Of a stretch of DNA of 64,000 nucleotides, positions 15,081 through 28,830 are shown one piece after another; the stretch's first letter is position 1; each line of letters opens with the position of its first letter. The DNA comes from Octopus vulgaris. Taxonomy: Eukaryota. The stretch lies in assembly GCA_951406725.2 (NCBI GenBank), contig OX597814.1, forward strand, positions 221,216,001 to 221,280,000, read 5' to 3'. The translations under genes and the position numbers were made by a program. The notes beneath the pieces are model-generated. The model was not told the DNA's origin, did no database searches, and worked only from the letters and a program-made list of their open reading frames with translations.

Positions 15081-16284
15081 CATATATATATTTTCTTTTA
15101 TTTTTGCCGGTAACGTTAGACTCATGCGTGGTTTGACAGCTATACCCAGTTGGTCCAGTGAAGCGTATAGTCTCTTGTTGGCCGTGAGAGAAAAAAAGTT
15201 GTTTAGCTCCAGGCCAGCCCTAATCGAATAGAACTATGATAAAAGACTTTACAACCGTAACCATCCCGTATTTTATAAATCTAGAATTACACTGTCCTTT
15301 GTGTTCTTCCTGGTTTATAACAGCACTATAATTTGATAAAAGGTCTTGTTGTCATTGAACTAGAGTGATTAAAACAAATTCTCTGATCATTTTTTTTTCA
15401 GATTCTCAAGTATTTCTGTCAGAGTTGAGTATAGTTAATCAAGTAGAATCATTATTACGTTACTACCGTTTATTTCATCGAATCTTAAAGGATAAAAGAC
15501 AAAGTAAAAACAACGCCAGCATTTAAAATGAACGTCCTCGCTCTTATTTTCATTTTGTCTGCCATTCTGCTTTCTCAGTCTCTCTATCAGCTTCACTATT
15601 ACTACTTTATCCAGATTTCCTATCCTGACTTCATACGCGGCAGAGGTTATCTTTGCTTTTTGACATTCCGGACTCACTAAAACAACGTACCTATAACGTG
15701 ACATGTTGACTTAAGCTGTCACCCGGTTTAATTCACCCACATAGTTCTTGAAGAACTTTAGTGTAGTCCATTATGTTGCAAGGCTTGAGGCCATACCATA
15801 GATTTTTAGAGATGCAATCAAATAAAGGTACTGCTCCCGCTATTAAAATATGGGTTCTTTTAATCGCTGCTAATTAAGGTCTGTGGTCCCTGTTCTCAGT
15901 AAATTCTTTTTACATACAATATCAACACTCATGTTCCTTTATTCCAATGAATATTCGGTCTTCGTCCCAATCTGAAATTACTTCAATAATTTCATTACTG
16001 TATATTCCTAATTAAAATTTTTTGCAATTGTTGAAAAAATGCATTCTAGGAATTGGTTTTAAATTGTGGGGTGGTTGTAAGTCAATTAAGTCGAACCCAG
16101 TGCTAAACTGGTACTTTGTTTATCAACCCTGAATGGACGAAAGCCGAGGTCGAAGTCAACACTGTTGATATTTGAACTCAGGATGTATAAAGTCGGAAGT
16201 ATACTACAGTCAACTGGACCAAATGATGCAGAAGCTTACAAACAAAACCCCAGCCTAGATTAGTCAACAGATCCACTCCTGTTT

Positions 16285-16405
16285 TATTGCAAACAACGTC
16301 AGACACACATCGCAAAAATGACATTGGCGAAACTAGTTGGAAGTTCTTCATCATCCACCATACTCACCTGATCTTGCCCCCACTGAGTACCACTTCTTCC
16401 AGAAT
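16285..16405 (+). mobile_element. mariner transposase fragment
   Basis: tgggaagtt-like stretch then catccaccatactcacctgatcttgcccc...taccacttcttc translates to HPPYSPDLAP..YHFF, the mariner YSPDLAP motif. Confidence 0.75.
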
Positions 16406-16409
16406 TTGG

Positions 16410-16595
16410 ATATGTATGTGTCTGTGTTTGCCCCACCAGTGCTTAGCAACCGATGTTGGTTTCTTTATGTCAGGTAGCAATTCGGCAAAGGGAGCCCTGT
16501 CGAATAAGGTCGATTTGTTCAATTAAACCCCACAACGCGATGCCTCAGTATGACCACTTTCCATTGATCGAAACAAGTAAAAGATAAAAGATAAG
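16410..16595 (+). mobile_element. SINE family A, 3' half (decayed)
   Basis: tgtgtttg...caaccgatgttgg...tagcaattcggcaaa...gaaacaagtaaaagataaaagat is the reverse complement of the 8339 copy's 3' half. Confidence 0.65.
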
Positions 16596-17633
16596 TTAGG
16601 GTTAGGGTCAAAGATGAAATAAGAAGAAAGTTCATTATTGTTAATGAAGTTTTTCCTTTCTTTTGAAAAACTTAAACAAAATCAAGGGAGAGAATTTCAT
16701 AATTTCTATAGTTTAAAAATTAAATATAATAAGCATATTAGATATAGTATTATTACTGTTCAACTATATTGGTTGTTCAGATTATTACTACATTAAACAC
16801 TAAACGTTGCGTGATACGGTATGTTTGCGTATCAGGAATAGTTAGTATGAATATCTAACAACGTTATCAGAAATAGACTGATGATCTCTTTAAAGTATGG
16901 AGACAGATATCTGCCTCATCATCTGACAACTTTGAAAGAAGAGTTAATAACAGCACTTACGCGTGACACTTAGAGAGAAAACATATTTCTCTCCAAGGTG
17001 TACATATGGCTTTAATATATAGGAATATGAAATGTGTTCGTTTAATAATTCAGTAATATAAAAGCAGTAATTCACAATAAATACACTTTTCCACGCACGC
17101 ACGCACGCACGCACGCACACACCACGCACGCACGCACACACCCACGCACATACCCACACAAGTGCACATATAGGAGAGAGAAGGGGGGATTGAGAAAATG
17201 TGAATTTTATCGTTAAATATATTATAACTATCATAATATAGTAGACTTTATGGTGCGGTAAATTCAGATACAGCATAAATATATAATCTCAGATATTACA
17301 CGTACGACACGAACTACTTAGAATTTCGAATAAAAACAGATAAATATATTTCATACCATTCCACTCCCGTATTGTTGTTTCCAATCTGAAAAAAAAAAAA
17401 AAAAAAGAGAATTAAAATATTACAGCGCTGGTGTTGTTACCACGAAGATAACGTCACTTATGAAAATTTGAATGAATAAATAAACATAGAGAGCAAGTAT
17501 ATAAAAAGTGACGATTTCAAAATTCGGTGGATGCGGTGTAGAACGGTGAACAAGTTTCAGAAGAGTGAAGAAAGTGTTGCGATAGTTTTACTGAGCCTCT
17601 TATTCTCTAACATTATTATTAGACCTATTAAAA

Positions 17634-18172
17634 CCGTGAGCTGGCCGATTCGTTAGCACGCCGTGGAAGACGTTGACAAAACGCTTGTAAAACGCTTGCA
17701 AGACGCAGGCAAAACGCTGACAAAACGCTTGAAAAACGCTTGCAAAACGCAGGCAAAACGCTGACAAAATGCTGGTAAAACGCTTGCAAAACGCAGGCAA
17801 AACGCTGACAAAACGCTGGTAAAACGCTGACAAAACGCAGGCAAAACGCTGACAAAACGCTGGTAAAACGCTTGCAAAACGCAGGCAAAACGCTGACAAA
17901 ACGCTTGCAAAACGCAGGCAAAACGCTGACAAAACGCTGACAAAACGCAGAAAAAACGCTGACAAAACTCTGGTAAAACGCTTGCAAAATGCAGGCAAAA
18001 CGCTGACAAAATTCTTAGCAGCACATCGTCTGTCTTTATGTTCTTCGTTCTAATTCTACTTTTTATGCTTTCGCGGTCGATAAAATAAGTACCAGTTGAA
18101 CAATGGGGTCGATGTAATCGATATACCACCTCCCCAAAAATTACTGTCCTTGTGCCTAAATGTAAAACCGTA
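17634..18172 (+). mobile_element. SINE family B copy interrupted by an internal minisatellite
   Basis: Head gagctggccgattcgttagcacgccg precedes the array; cttagcagcacatcgtctgtctttatgttc...gtcgataaaataagtaccagtt follows it. Confidence 0.75.
17668..18016. repeat. 11-bp minisatellite (CAAAACGCTGA / CAAAACGCTTG / CAAAACGCAGG variants)
   Basis: About 30 tandem 11-mers, with partial 44-bp higher-order periodicity. Confidence 0.95.
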
Positions 18173-18186
18173 ATTACTGGTCATAT

Positions 18187-18757
18187 TCAGGGTGTTCAGG
18201 CCAAATCTGGTGATTTTTTTTAATGCCTCCCTTTCATCAGAACAGTCAACAGCAGTGGAGAGCGTAACGATTAAAGTTGTAGTTGAGAAAATGTTAACTG
18301 ACATGGAAGACTGTGGTGAAACACTGGATGGAGTGGGTTGCTGCAGGAAGGCCATATAAGTGGCAGCAAGATTCGGCTCCCAGCTATAGCTCCGATAAGT
18401 GTCAGAAGTTGTCAGAGAAATGTGGACTTCAATAGTCCACATTTCTGGTTGGCCCCCTACTTTTCCCGGTTAAATTACCAGGATTATTATGTGTGGGTCA
18501 AGGTTGAGAAAGACACTAACTGCTCTTCCTGCAACACCAAAGCAGAGTGGGTGGCCAAAATCAAGGAAATTCGAGATTCTTTCTAGTGACGTAGAAGTCG
18601 TTGTGGAAGCCAAGGGCGCCAATTTTGAGTAAAGAGCTATCTCTCAGTCATACTCTAGCTGGTAATTTTTGAAATTTTAAAAATGCTTTTCCTTTTGGCT
18701 GTGATATGGTTTTGTTTTCCTTGTTTGCAAACTGTCGAATTTATCCCGAACGCTCGA
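18187..18757 (+). mobile_element. Internally deleted Tc1/mariner (maT/DD37D-like) element
   Basis: Left end cagggtgttcagg; right end aatttatcccgaacgctcg is a degenerate inverted repeat. Internal tggcagcaagattcggctccc translates to WQQDSAP, and a WP....DYYVW..VEK.TN segment follows. Confidence 0.7.
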
Positions 18758-18885
18758 TTGCGTTCTTCTTGTTTAATCATATCTCAGCCCTGATTAAGCA
18801 AACTTATGATGAAAAGAGTTCCCGCCGTACACATTTCCTTTTCTTTCCCCTTATCATAACAGGAATTTGGAGGAAGGACAAATTT

Positions 18886-18886
18886 G

Positions 18887-18955
<69 letters not shown>
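18886..18955. repeat. (TATC)n microsatellite
   Basis: Pure tetranucleotide tract with no LINE inside. Confidence 0.95.
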
Positions 18956-19178
18956 GCAGTCTATATATATACATGTATATACGCACATACCGATCGTCTA
19001 GCTAATACATTGCCTGTGCACGTCCTCTTGTTCTTTAATTTTACTCATTTATTTGAATTGCCTATTATATATATATATATATACCCATCACATACTGTTG
19101 CCCTCCACACATTCTGATTGAATCTTCGCGCCAACATCTACCTACTTACGACAATGTAGCCTTTAATCTAATCAAGAT

Positions 19179-19272
19179 ATCCTTGCCCTGAAGAGTAGCC
19201 GGTGGTATACAGTTCACTTGGATTTTACCACTTCTGAGGTTCCACTCGCTATGAAACATATGTAGCGTGGAT
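19179..19272 (+). ncRNA. Type I hammerhead-ribozyme-like motif with long stem II
   Basis: atccttgcc-CTGAAGA(19188-19194)-gtagccggtgg...ccactcgctat-GAAA(19253-19256)-catat-GTA(19262-19264)-gcgtggat. Core intact, stem III palindromic (acatatgt), stem I imperfect. Confidence 0.65.
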
Positions 19273-19518
19273 TCCCCATACACCATTCCGTAACTCTTGT
19301 ATTCCTTTTCGCCTCCTCAGCAACCTTGGTTGCCTATGGAGGAATATAAAAATAACTACTTTTTCAGCTCATCGTTTTTCGATAAAAGAAAAAAAACATC
19401 TGGAACCTTCTGTGTCAATAAACAATTATTGTTCCTGAAAGTTCTTTTGTTTTTATATTCAATACAGATTGCCCGAAGCTGACTTTCTTCCTACACCTCG
19501 ATCCATGAATCTTAGATT

Positions 19519-19602
<84 letters not shown>

Positions 19603-19652
19603 TTCCTTGATAAGTTCCTTCATTTTCCGGGTGAGAAATCTGCATAATGTAC

Positions 19653-19712
19653 TCCTTATTCCTTCGGAATTAGGAATATGCAGCCTTCGAAACATATGTC
19701 GAGAATAAAGGA
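19653..19712 (+). ncRNA. Partial hammerhead-like motif
   Basis: tccttattc...cGAAAcatatGTC-gagaataaagga. Stem I and the same palindromic stem III as at 19.2 kb are present, but the CUGANGA strand is not recognisable. Confidence 0.4.
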
Positions 19713-19750
19713 TATTTGTTAACTAGTCGTTCAACTCCATTCTTTCATAT

Positions 19751-19784
<34 letters not shown>

Positions 19785-20649
19785 CGCTGGCTATTCGACA
19801 GTCTTGAGAAAACTGTTATACTATTTTGTTATTTCGAGCCAGCACCGGTAGTTTTCTGGTGGTTGAAAGAAGACGCTGGGCAGCCATATACACAGCACGT
19901 CCTAAGAACAGTCTCAAATCAATCGCAAGGGAGCGAGCTGCCGTGAAAGAATTCATCGAGGATAGTTTCTCGATATGATGGCTGAGGGAGGATGAGGAGA
20001 CGTACGCTAGGCACTGATATATAACAGATACATTTTTCGACACCTAAACTACAAAAAGCAAAGCCGACATCTGGAGAAGTTGTACCCGTAATGTAAAATG
20101 ACATTAATAAATTAATACATTCATCTATCCTTTCTTCTTTTCTATTGTCCAATTTTTCTTTTCTTTTTCTGTTATGTCTTACTCAAAATAAAGCATTTTT
20201 AATAAAGCGATCCAGCATTCATCTATATTCAGATAATTGTCAGATTTTCTGGATATTCTTTTGTCTTTGTTTTTCTTAGAAGAGATTAACTGACGGATGT
20301 ACTATTCAGTAGAATAGAGATATATTTATTTATATGGCATATATCTAATAATATAAAATCCTAGAATTAAGAATCGGCTTTGCTAAACACTGCATTCATG
20401 AACAAATTTATCATAATCGTACGAATACATACGGAAGCGGAGAAACATAAACGAGCATACTTCACGTGCGCTCACACACAAACAAATAAACAATCACACG
20501 GACACATTTAAGCACGTATCTATTTCCATATATGCGCAGCTTCCACGGAAATAGCTACTAGTAATTTAATGATATTACTTCATGTATCAAATGTACATGT
20601 TTATTAACAAATTTATGCATTCACGAATATAAAGAAATGCATAAGCGCA

Positions 20650-20658
20650 CGCAGACAT

Positions 20659-20690
<32 letters not shown>

Positions 20691-20975
20691 TCAGACACAC
20701 ACGCACGCGCGAACATGTACGCGTACTTTCACATTCATGCTACATCTGTATCAACATGTATGTATTAATGCTTGTTTGCATTGATGTATCTATTCATATG
20801 TATGTATATATATATATATATATATGCATGTATGTATGTATGTATGTATGTATGTATATGTGTGTGTATGTGTGTGTGCGTATATCATTGCATGTACAAT
20901 TATACATAAATATATAAGGATATGTATGTAAATGCATATATATATATATATATATATACAAATACACACACAAGG

Positions 20976-21012
<37 letters not shown>

Positions 21013-21027
21013 TTTACATATATATGC

Positions 21028-21058
<31 letters not shown>

Positions 21059-21066
21059 AAAATATA

Positions 21067-21137
<71 letters not shown>

Positions 21138-21215
21138 CAAATATACACACAAGGATATGTATGTATGTATATGTATATATATATATATATATATTTAAAT
21201 ATATACATATATATT

Positions 21216-21295
<80 letters not shown>

Positions 21296-21587
21296 CATAC
21301 ATACATGTGCGCATATATTTATATGTGTGTAAGGATATATATATATATATATATATATATGCATGCGTGTATGTATATATATATACACATGCACGCTTAC
21401 ATTCATATGTATATCTGCTGCCACGTACATATTTGCGCTCGCACCCACCTCATACACAAACAAACACGCATGTATGTATAAATCAATCTGCAGAATTGAT
21501 TTAAAGCTTTGCATATATAAATGAAACTCTATCAGAGAGTTAATATGCAGCTGTTGCTACTACTAATGCTACTGTTACAACAACCGA

Positions 21588-21626
<39 letters not shown>

Positions 21627-22241
21627 CCTGATTTGTTGACCTTTGTATATACGGAAATTAGTTTCGTGTGAGCCTTCGTTATAGATCTTTTTCTTTCTAT
21701 TAATTTATTTATTTTGTATGGTTTACACATTGATATACTTAACTCTGTATTGCCGCAGTTGGCACCATTGTCAATAATCCTCATTTCCAATGGCAATCTA
21801 CCGTTTCCACTAGTTTAATATTCATAGACAACTGGCGAGCAATGCACAGCAAGATGAAAGCTCATGGGTAGCCATGAACTTCTGAACATTCTTTTATCCT
21901 CATTGTAAACATACACATAGCGAAACACTCAAACAATTACTCACATGTGTACACATACGCGCTACGTAATATGTTTGTATGTATATATGTACACACACAC
22001 ATATATATGTGTGTGTGTGCGTGTTTGTTTGTATATATATATATATATATGTATTTATCTGTATATGTATATGTATTTATATATATATATTTGTAATTAT
22101 AAATATTATATTATTACAACTATACAAACATATATGCATATGTTTGCATATATATATGATATATATATATATACATATATACATATATATATGTAAGTAC
22201 ATATACACACATATACATACATACATACATACATACATACA

Positions 22242-22308
<67 letters not shown>

Positions 22309-22450
22309 GTGTATATATATATATGTGGATATGTATGTTTGTGTATATATTTATATTCATATCTATGTGTGTATAGGCATCTAGATATGTGCATGTGTGT
22401 GTATGTTTCTTTCTCTCTCTCTCTCTCTCCCTCTCTCTCTCTCTTTCTGT
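20650..22450. repeat. Compound (TA)n/(CA)n/(TACA)n/(CT)n microsatellite field, including (CTG)n at 21590-21624
   Basis: Direct inspection. Confidence 0.95.
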
Positions 22451-25299
22451 GCGGCTGTAAGCAGCCAAGGCTGATTGGTCAAGTAGTTCCCTTCACAACC
22501 ATTTGCCCCTGAGTTTCACTCCACTGCTTGGTATCGTGGACAATGTCGGTTGCCATAGTGTTGGATCAATTGAAGCCTTCTCATTGAGATTCAGTGTACA
22601 AAAATTGTTTTGAAAACTTGTCGGTTAAGCCAAACTTAAAATTCAAAACCGTGTAACACTGTATCGCTTTATTTTATTCTTTCCTCAGAATTTTATATTC
22701 GAAACACACACACACATGTATATATATTGATCAATTCTGAATATGCATGACTGATGAGATTTAAGATGATTAAATTATGACTCTTGATTTTATTATTTCT
22801 TTTTAAAGACATCATTCATATTTGACTAAATGTCATAATTTACTTTCAAACCGGGACGAACTACTTTTTGACATAAACATACATTTTTACCCTGGCTAAA
22901 CGTATAAGTTACTCTTTCCATCTTTCCGTAGAAATAATTGAATCAATCTGACGATATTCTAGGTGTGTGTGTGCCTTGAAATACTGACCGATATAGTTGA
23001 ATACTTGTTTAGAAACGCTGTTCGTAGTTGTAATTTATCAAATATTATGTGTATGAAAGAAGAGGGTTGAGTTTTTGAGATGAAGATCTAACACGTCTGG
23101 AAACTGATGAGATCAAACACATTCTTTCTGCCCATCGAGAGAGATAAAGACTGTAGTGAAAATAATATATATATATATATATATATTACAGCGAAGCTAA
23201 GATTCTATGTTCATTGAAAATGATATACATTACATTTCAATTATTCAGAAACACTGTGTTGTTCTGAATGGTAATTCATCCATGTTGTCGATGCTGGCAT
23301 AAATTTAGCTTGAAACATCGTTTGTATACAATATTGGTGGCGATACACTACTAACGCAATGATTTGTCAGAGTCATTACAGTACAGGACAAAATTTCTTG
23401 CGGTTATTGTTCTGACTCATTGTGCTTTGCGTTAGAATCCTGCCAAGGTCAGATTTGGCTTTCATTTTTTTTTCTTTTCATGTTAAAATAAAGTACCAAT
23501 CTCGTACATTGAATAGGTGAGATTTTTAGTGTTAAGTATAATGCCTTGCAGAATTGATTCAAGCCTTTTTGTTCTGAGATTTTGGGTAGTGGACTTGATC
23601 TGTTTAACAACAACCCATTGTCCTTTAATGAAGGTCGCTCACTTGAAAGTATTTTAGCGTGGCCTTTAGTTCATCCGAGGGCCTGCAAAATAGAGGGACA
23701 TACTTATCGCCATTCCATCTTTTACGAAGTGGTAGTAAAACATCTTTCTTACAGTTAATGAAGATAGGTACTACTTTTTTGATGGTCTAACGAATCACGA
23801 AACTGCTCAAATTGATCGCAATTTTTCTAACCCCGGGTAAAGAAAACTTGTGATTTAGTCATTCTTTTAATTTTGCAATACAAAGTTTATAGTATCTTTA
23901 TTAAAATCAAATTCTTTATATTTCAAATACTCGCGCGCACTCACGGATACAAATATGATAACAAATAAAACAAGAGAGCATTCAACATGTGGTTAGAACG
24001 TTTATACAGTGCGAAAGATAAGGTTGTTCACCCTATACTTACTTGGATATTCACACACATAACGTGTACAGGATATCGGTGGGAGAACGTATAAAGCGTT
24101 ATGTCAGCCAATACCAACTGGGACGGTTAGTCAAATATTTACTATGTTGTAATAGAAAACTATGTAGTCAAAAGCGGTGATCATCAAGGGAAAGTACTCC
24201 AAAAATTTCGTTGACTATGAGGATTATGTTTTTTTTTGGGGTGGGGGTGACCTTGGAAGATCTGGAATTATGTAGAAAAAAACTTCTGAGATAATGCAAG
24301 TTCGATTATAATTCTGACCTTCGGTTACTCGATATGGCTGCTTATTTTAAGAGTTGGAATTTTGTGCGAAACAAGGACTGTAGTTTCGTGATACGTCGAA
24401 TTACGGTGTGGATATCTGAAGAGCTCCATTTTATGGGAGGTCATTCAAATGCTTGATGTGAGATTTCATGCTAAGTAGGAGAGGGACAAACAGTTTTACC
24501 TGTTCATTAACTCACACTGAGAGAAAATGATATTAGCAACGATTCTCAAAAATGTTTGCAACGAATACCATGCGGTTGACTTAGATGCAGCTGAGGAGTT
24601 TTAGAAATACTCAATATAGAACTGCTTTGAAGAAACAGAATCCTCTAAGTGGGCAGGTGGTAGGGTTTTATAACTCAGAACTGTATTTCAGTTGAGCACT
24701 TCCATTGTGGTTTATCATCTGAGAAGCAATGTTGTTCAAGCAGGATTATCTTACCTTAAGGTTGTGCGTGTTGAGAACAATGTTGCGTTTGTGTGTTGAT
24801 GTTGATGTTGTGCTTGAAGAGCTCGGAAATTCATGTCTATGTTCGTGATAATATCCAAGTTACATATTTGATTAAGATCATTTCTATTCCGGTGTGGATT
24901 ATGTTCTCCATTTATACTAGCTTCTAGTTAGCTCATAGTTTTTGTGGGGATAATTCAGAGCCTCTCTTATTCATTCGACTTGCAAGATAATTATAGCTAG
25001 GAATTTGCTTGCAATTACCTCAAGTGATTAAATCTTGTTCTTTCTTTTGTGCTGAAATGAGGGACTCAAGCCACTTATGATCTCACCATAGCTATTATGT
25101 TTTGCTTATCGCCCTCATCTTGGATCCTACACGAAAGAAATTTTCAAATCTTTCGCTGTCGAGAGGAGTGGCTCGTTGGTTTGGTCATGCAGCTTATATT
25201 TACAGTAAGGGATGTTTGTATGCATGTGTGTATGTGTGTATGTTTGTGAGTATGTGTGAGAGAGAGAGTGAGAAATAATGTGAGAGAGAGTGAGTGAGA

Positions 25300-25409
<110 letters not shown>

Positions 25410-26101
25410 ATGTGCGAGCATGTGTGCGCATATGAATGTTAGGATATTATTGAATTAGGAAGGCGAATGAAAATTCTGAGGACACAAACAACAGCCATTT
25501 TAAAGAAGTTTGGATTTCGTTTCGGCTCAGATTTAATTTCAATTCACCGCCAAACAAATTTCAGTTTACTTATGCACATGTGTTTTAGTTGAACGTTAGT
25601 TTGTTTTAGCCTTCACAGCTATGGTCATGCTGGAGCACTACCTTGAAGAAAACGTGAGCTTTATCTACTCTAATTATTTAAAAAAATGAACCCATAGCGG
25701 GTGACTTATGTATGTATGTACGTATGTATGTATGTATGTATGTATGTATGTATGTATGTATGCATCTATATAGGTGTGTATGTATGTATATGTGTATATT
25801 TATATGTTTTGTCCTATGTATGTATTTTCATGCATATAGTTGCATGTCTAGACATGCTCATGTGTTAATTAAATGATAAAATTTTGATGTATGCACAGGA
25901 AAAAGAGTGAGAAATTTACACACACACACACACACACACATATATTATATATATTATATATATATATATAAATACACTTTCTAATAAAGCTGTAAAAACA
26001 TCAGAAAGATGGTTACTCATTTTCACGATCGTGTTTACGGACAGTTTTCTCCGGTATTCCAGTAATTTTTCTACGTCGTTTCACATTTATGTGCTTACTC
26101 T

Positions 26102-26169
<68 letters not shown>

Positions 26170-26235
26170 GGTCCCGGGTTGATTCGGGGTTAACCACAGT
26201 AAATAAGGTACTCAATACATAGCAGAGTAAAATTA

Positions 26236-26328
26236 ATTTATTATATAGAAGGAGCTTCTACATATGAGCTTCCTGAAGATTTCTCTTGAATGAAACAGTT
26301 CTAGTCCTGTAGAAGCTCCTTCTATATA

Positions 26329-26334
<6 letters not shown>
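26236..26334 (+). mobile_element. 27-bp perfect inverted repeat enclosing a hammerhead-like core (Penelope-type inverted end)
   Basis: atttattatatagaaggagcttctaca (26236-26262) is the reverse complement of 26308-26334. Between them lies gagcttc-CTGAAGA-tttctcttgaat-GAAAC-agttcta-GTC. Confidence 0.6.
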
Positions 26335-26375
<41 letters not shown>

Positions 26376-26377
26376 TA

Positions 26378-26520
26378 TACAGGGTGTCCAAAAAGTTACA
26401 CCCCGTTCTTATTTTGAAAACTATTGTAGCTTTTTCAATCAATTTTATTGTATGGAACAACGATGAATAATAACTACGAATGAAAGAATGAAACAGAGTA
26501 GAATAAAATGAAGTCCGGGC
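26378..26520. mobile_element. Tc1/mariner-type terminal fragment
   Basis: TA followed by cagggtgtccaaaaagtt resembles a Tc1/mariner TIR start. No partner end was found. Confidence 0.4.
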
Positions 26521-26597
26521 GAAACTTTCTGGATTTCTTTCATATTAATAGCTTTAGCTGCCATAATACACGTTGAAACATAACCATACATACATAC

Positions 26598-26628
<31 letters not shown>

Positions 26629-26736
26629 CATACATACATACATACATACATACATACATAAATACATACATACATAGTAGAAACCTACACACAATCATTC
26701 ATATGTACGTATACACTTATATTTTGTATGTATGTA

Positions 26737-27116
26737 GGAGGCGCAAAGTCCCAGTGGTTAGGGTAGCGGACTTGCGATCGTAGGATCGCAGTTTCTTTTC
26801 CCAGACCGGGCGTTGTGAGTGTTCATTGAGCAAAAGCATCAAAAGCTCCACGACCTCCGGCAGGGGGTGGTGGCGACTCTTACTCTACTCTTTCACTAAT
26901 ACTTTCTCTCCCTTTTCCAGTTTCTGTTGTACCTGTATTTCAAAGGGCCAGCCTTGTCACACTCTGTGTCACGCTGAATCTCCCAGAGAACTACGTTAAG
27001 AAGGGTACACGTGTCTCTGGAGTGTTCAACCACTTGAACGTTAATTTCACGAGCTGGCTGTTCCGTTGATCGGATCAACTGGAACCCTCGTCGTCGTCGT
27101 AACCGACGGAGTGCCA
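26737..27116 (+). mobile_element. tRNA-derived SINE family C, full length
   Basis: Head ggcgc..cccagtggttaggg..gcggact; body and tail (ggatcaactggaaccctcgtcgtcg...accgacggagtgc) are nearly identical to the 51007 copy. Confidence 0.85.
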
Positions 27117-28326
27117 CGTCATGTATGCATGAGTGTGTGTATAGGCATTCACACATAATTATATATTGATAGTGTGATATCAACGAATTTAATAATATCG
27201 TCCCTGAGAATTATTGGTGACAACTTTCATTACATACTGCTTCGTTGTGTACATCTCTCTAGCAACGGATGGGATTGCCTTGAAGTTTGTCATTGATTGT
27301 TAATACTACATCAATCATGTATGTGTTTACTAGTGTGTTTGTTTGTGATAGAATCTCTTTATCATGTTGAAACTACTCCGCATGTAGAAATCGATAATTC
27401 TGTGAATGATTCTCTTTCTGTCACCCCTGCAGTCTGCGAGAATATGTATATATTACCTCCTGTAGATAGATACATAAACACACACTCGCATGTGTGCACA
27501 CACACACACATTCAAACGCACCCCCCACACACATTCAAACGCACCCTCCCCACACACACACACATACATACAGACACACACACTCATATGCGTATACATT
27601 CCTTTTTTTATTAATGCTAGCGGCATACTGAATCGGTTCTTCTCTGTATTCTCTATGCTGTTTAGAGGGTGAGAGAGAAATTCGCTCCCTGGATTGAACG
27701 CTAGTATACCATAGATGGTATATCGATTTCACCAAGAGAACCCAACTTAGTTTGCACCAGCTCATTCGCTTTCGTAACATAGCTCGAGAAAAATTGAACT
27801 ACGCACAGAAAATCAATCAAAACATCAATTTTACATTACGTCCACTGCTTATAGTGACCAGTTGTTCATATCCTATCGTATTTTCTTATATAACAAGATG
27901 CATTAAGTTATTTGAAAGTTTACTGCTTTAGATACGGACATAAATCAGAATATATACATACAGGCTTTTTGAGGTTAATCTTCGTCTAACAATGGGTGAT
28001 AAAAACAGAATATTTCTCTATTATGTTATAAAAACATACAGTTGAAACAAAATGCATTAGCATAAAGATCTTGAATATAGAAATGGATAAATCCTGCAAT
28101 CGTTAATATTGACTATTAAGGCAAATGAAGAAAGGAAAGCTATCAAGAATTTATTTCTTGCTGGCCGAATTTTTAAAGACTGAGCTCAACATAGCCATCT
28201 TGACAGTTTGCTGAAAGATTTCCGGGCATTCAGTTCTTATGTCTCTGATGTTAATGTTGCTACACACCATAGACCCTATTCTAATGAAGGGCTTTCGGCT
28301 ATTTCTACTCATTTCGATCTCATGGC

Positions 28327-28345
28327 TATTCCTCTAATTAGTCTT

Positions 28346-28394
<49 letters not shown>
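28327..28394. repeat. (CTA)n microsatellite
   Basis: Pure trinucleotide tract; source of the poly-Y pseudo-ORF. Confidence 0.95.
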
Positions 28395-28416
<22 letters not shown>

Positions 28417-28467
28417 ATTTCATCTATTTCTATTTCTAATTTTCTCTCTGTCTCTCTCTACATATAT

Positions 28468-28630
28468 GGGTACAGGTGTGGCTGTGTGGTAAGAAGTTAG
28501 CTTCTCAACCACATGCCTGTGGGTCCCACTGTATAGAACCTCAGTCAGCTGTTTTTTACTATAGTCTCGGGTAGTCCAGAGCCTTGTGAATGGATTTGGT
28601 AGAGGGAAACTGAAAGAAGCCCGCCGTTGG
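28468..28630 (+). mobile_element. SINE family A, 5' half
   Basis: ggtgtggctgtgtggtaagaag...ccttgtgaatggatttggtaga..gaaactgaaagaagccc, followed by (TA)n(TG)n. Confidence 0.7.
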
Positions 28631-28632
28631 AG

Positions 28633-28664
<32 letters not shown>

Positions 28665-28674
28665 TGTGTGTGTG

Positions 28675-28746
<72 letters not shown>

Positions 28747-28830
28747 CGATTGTATGAATAAATATTTCTATGTAAATAGAAACATTATTTTATCTAAATA
28801 TCTCAACGAAAGAATTCAATAGCAGAACTC

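Noticed and set aside
17497-17510. TATA-box-like tatataaaaag
   Set aside because: Common in AT-rich DNA, and no linked gene is evident.
17600-18129. Repetitive ORFs (SVLSAFCLRFA...) and a CRISPR-like look
   Set aside because: 11-bp minisatellite with no unique spacers and no cas genes; it lies inside a SINE.
21575-21796. Poly-Q ORF
   Set aside because: A (CAG)n microsatellite in a short ORF with no other coding support.
23500-24960. Possible decayed LINE endonuclease region
   Set aside because: Only vague similarity; no motif could be read reliably.
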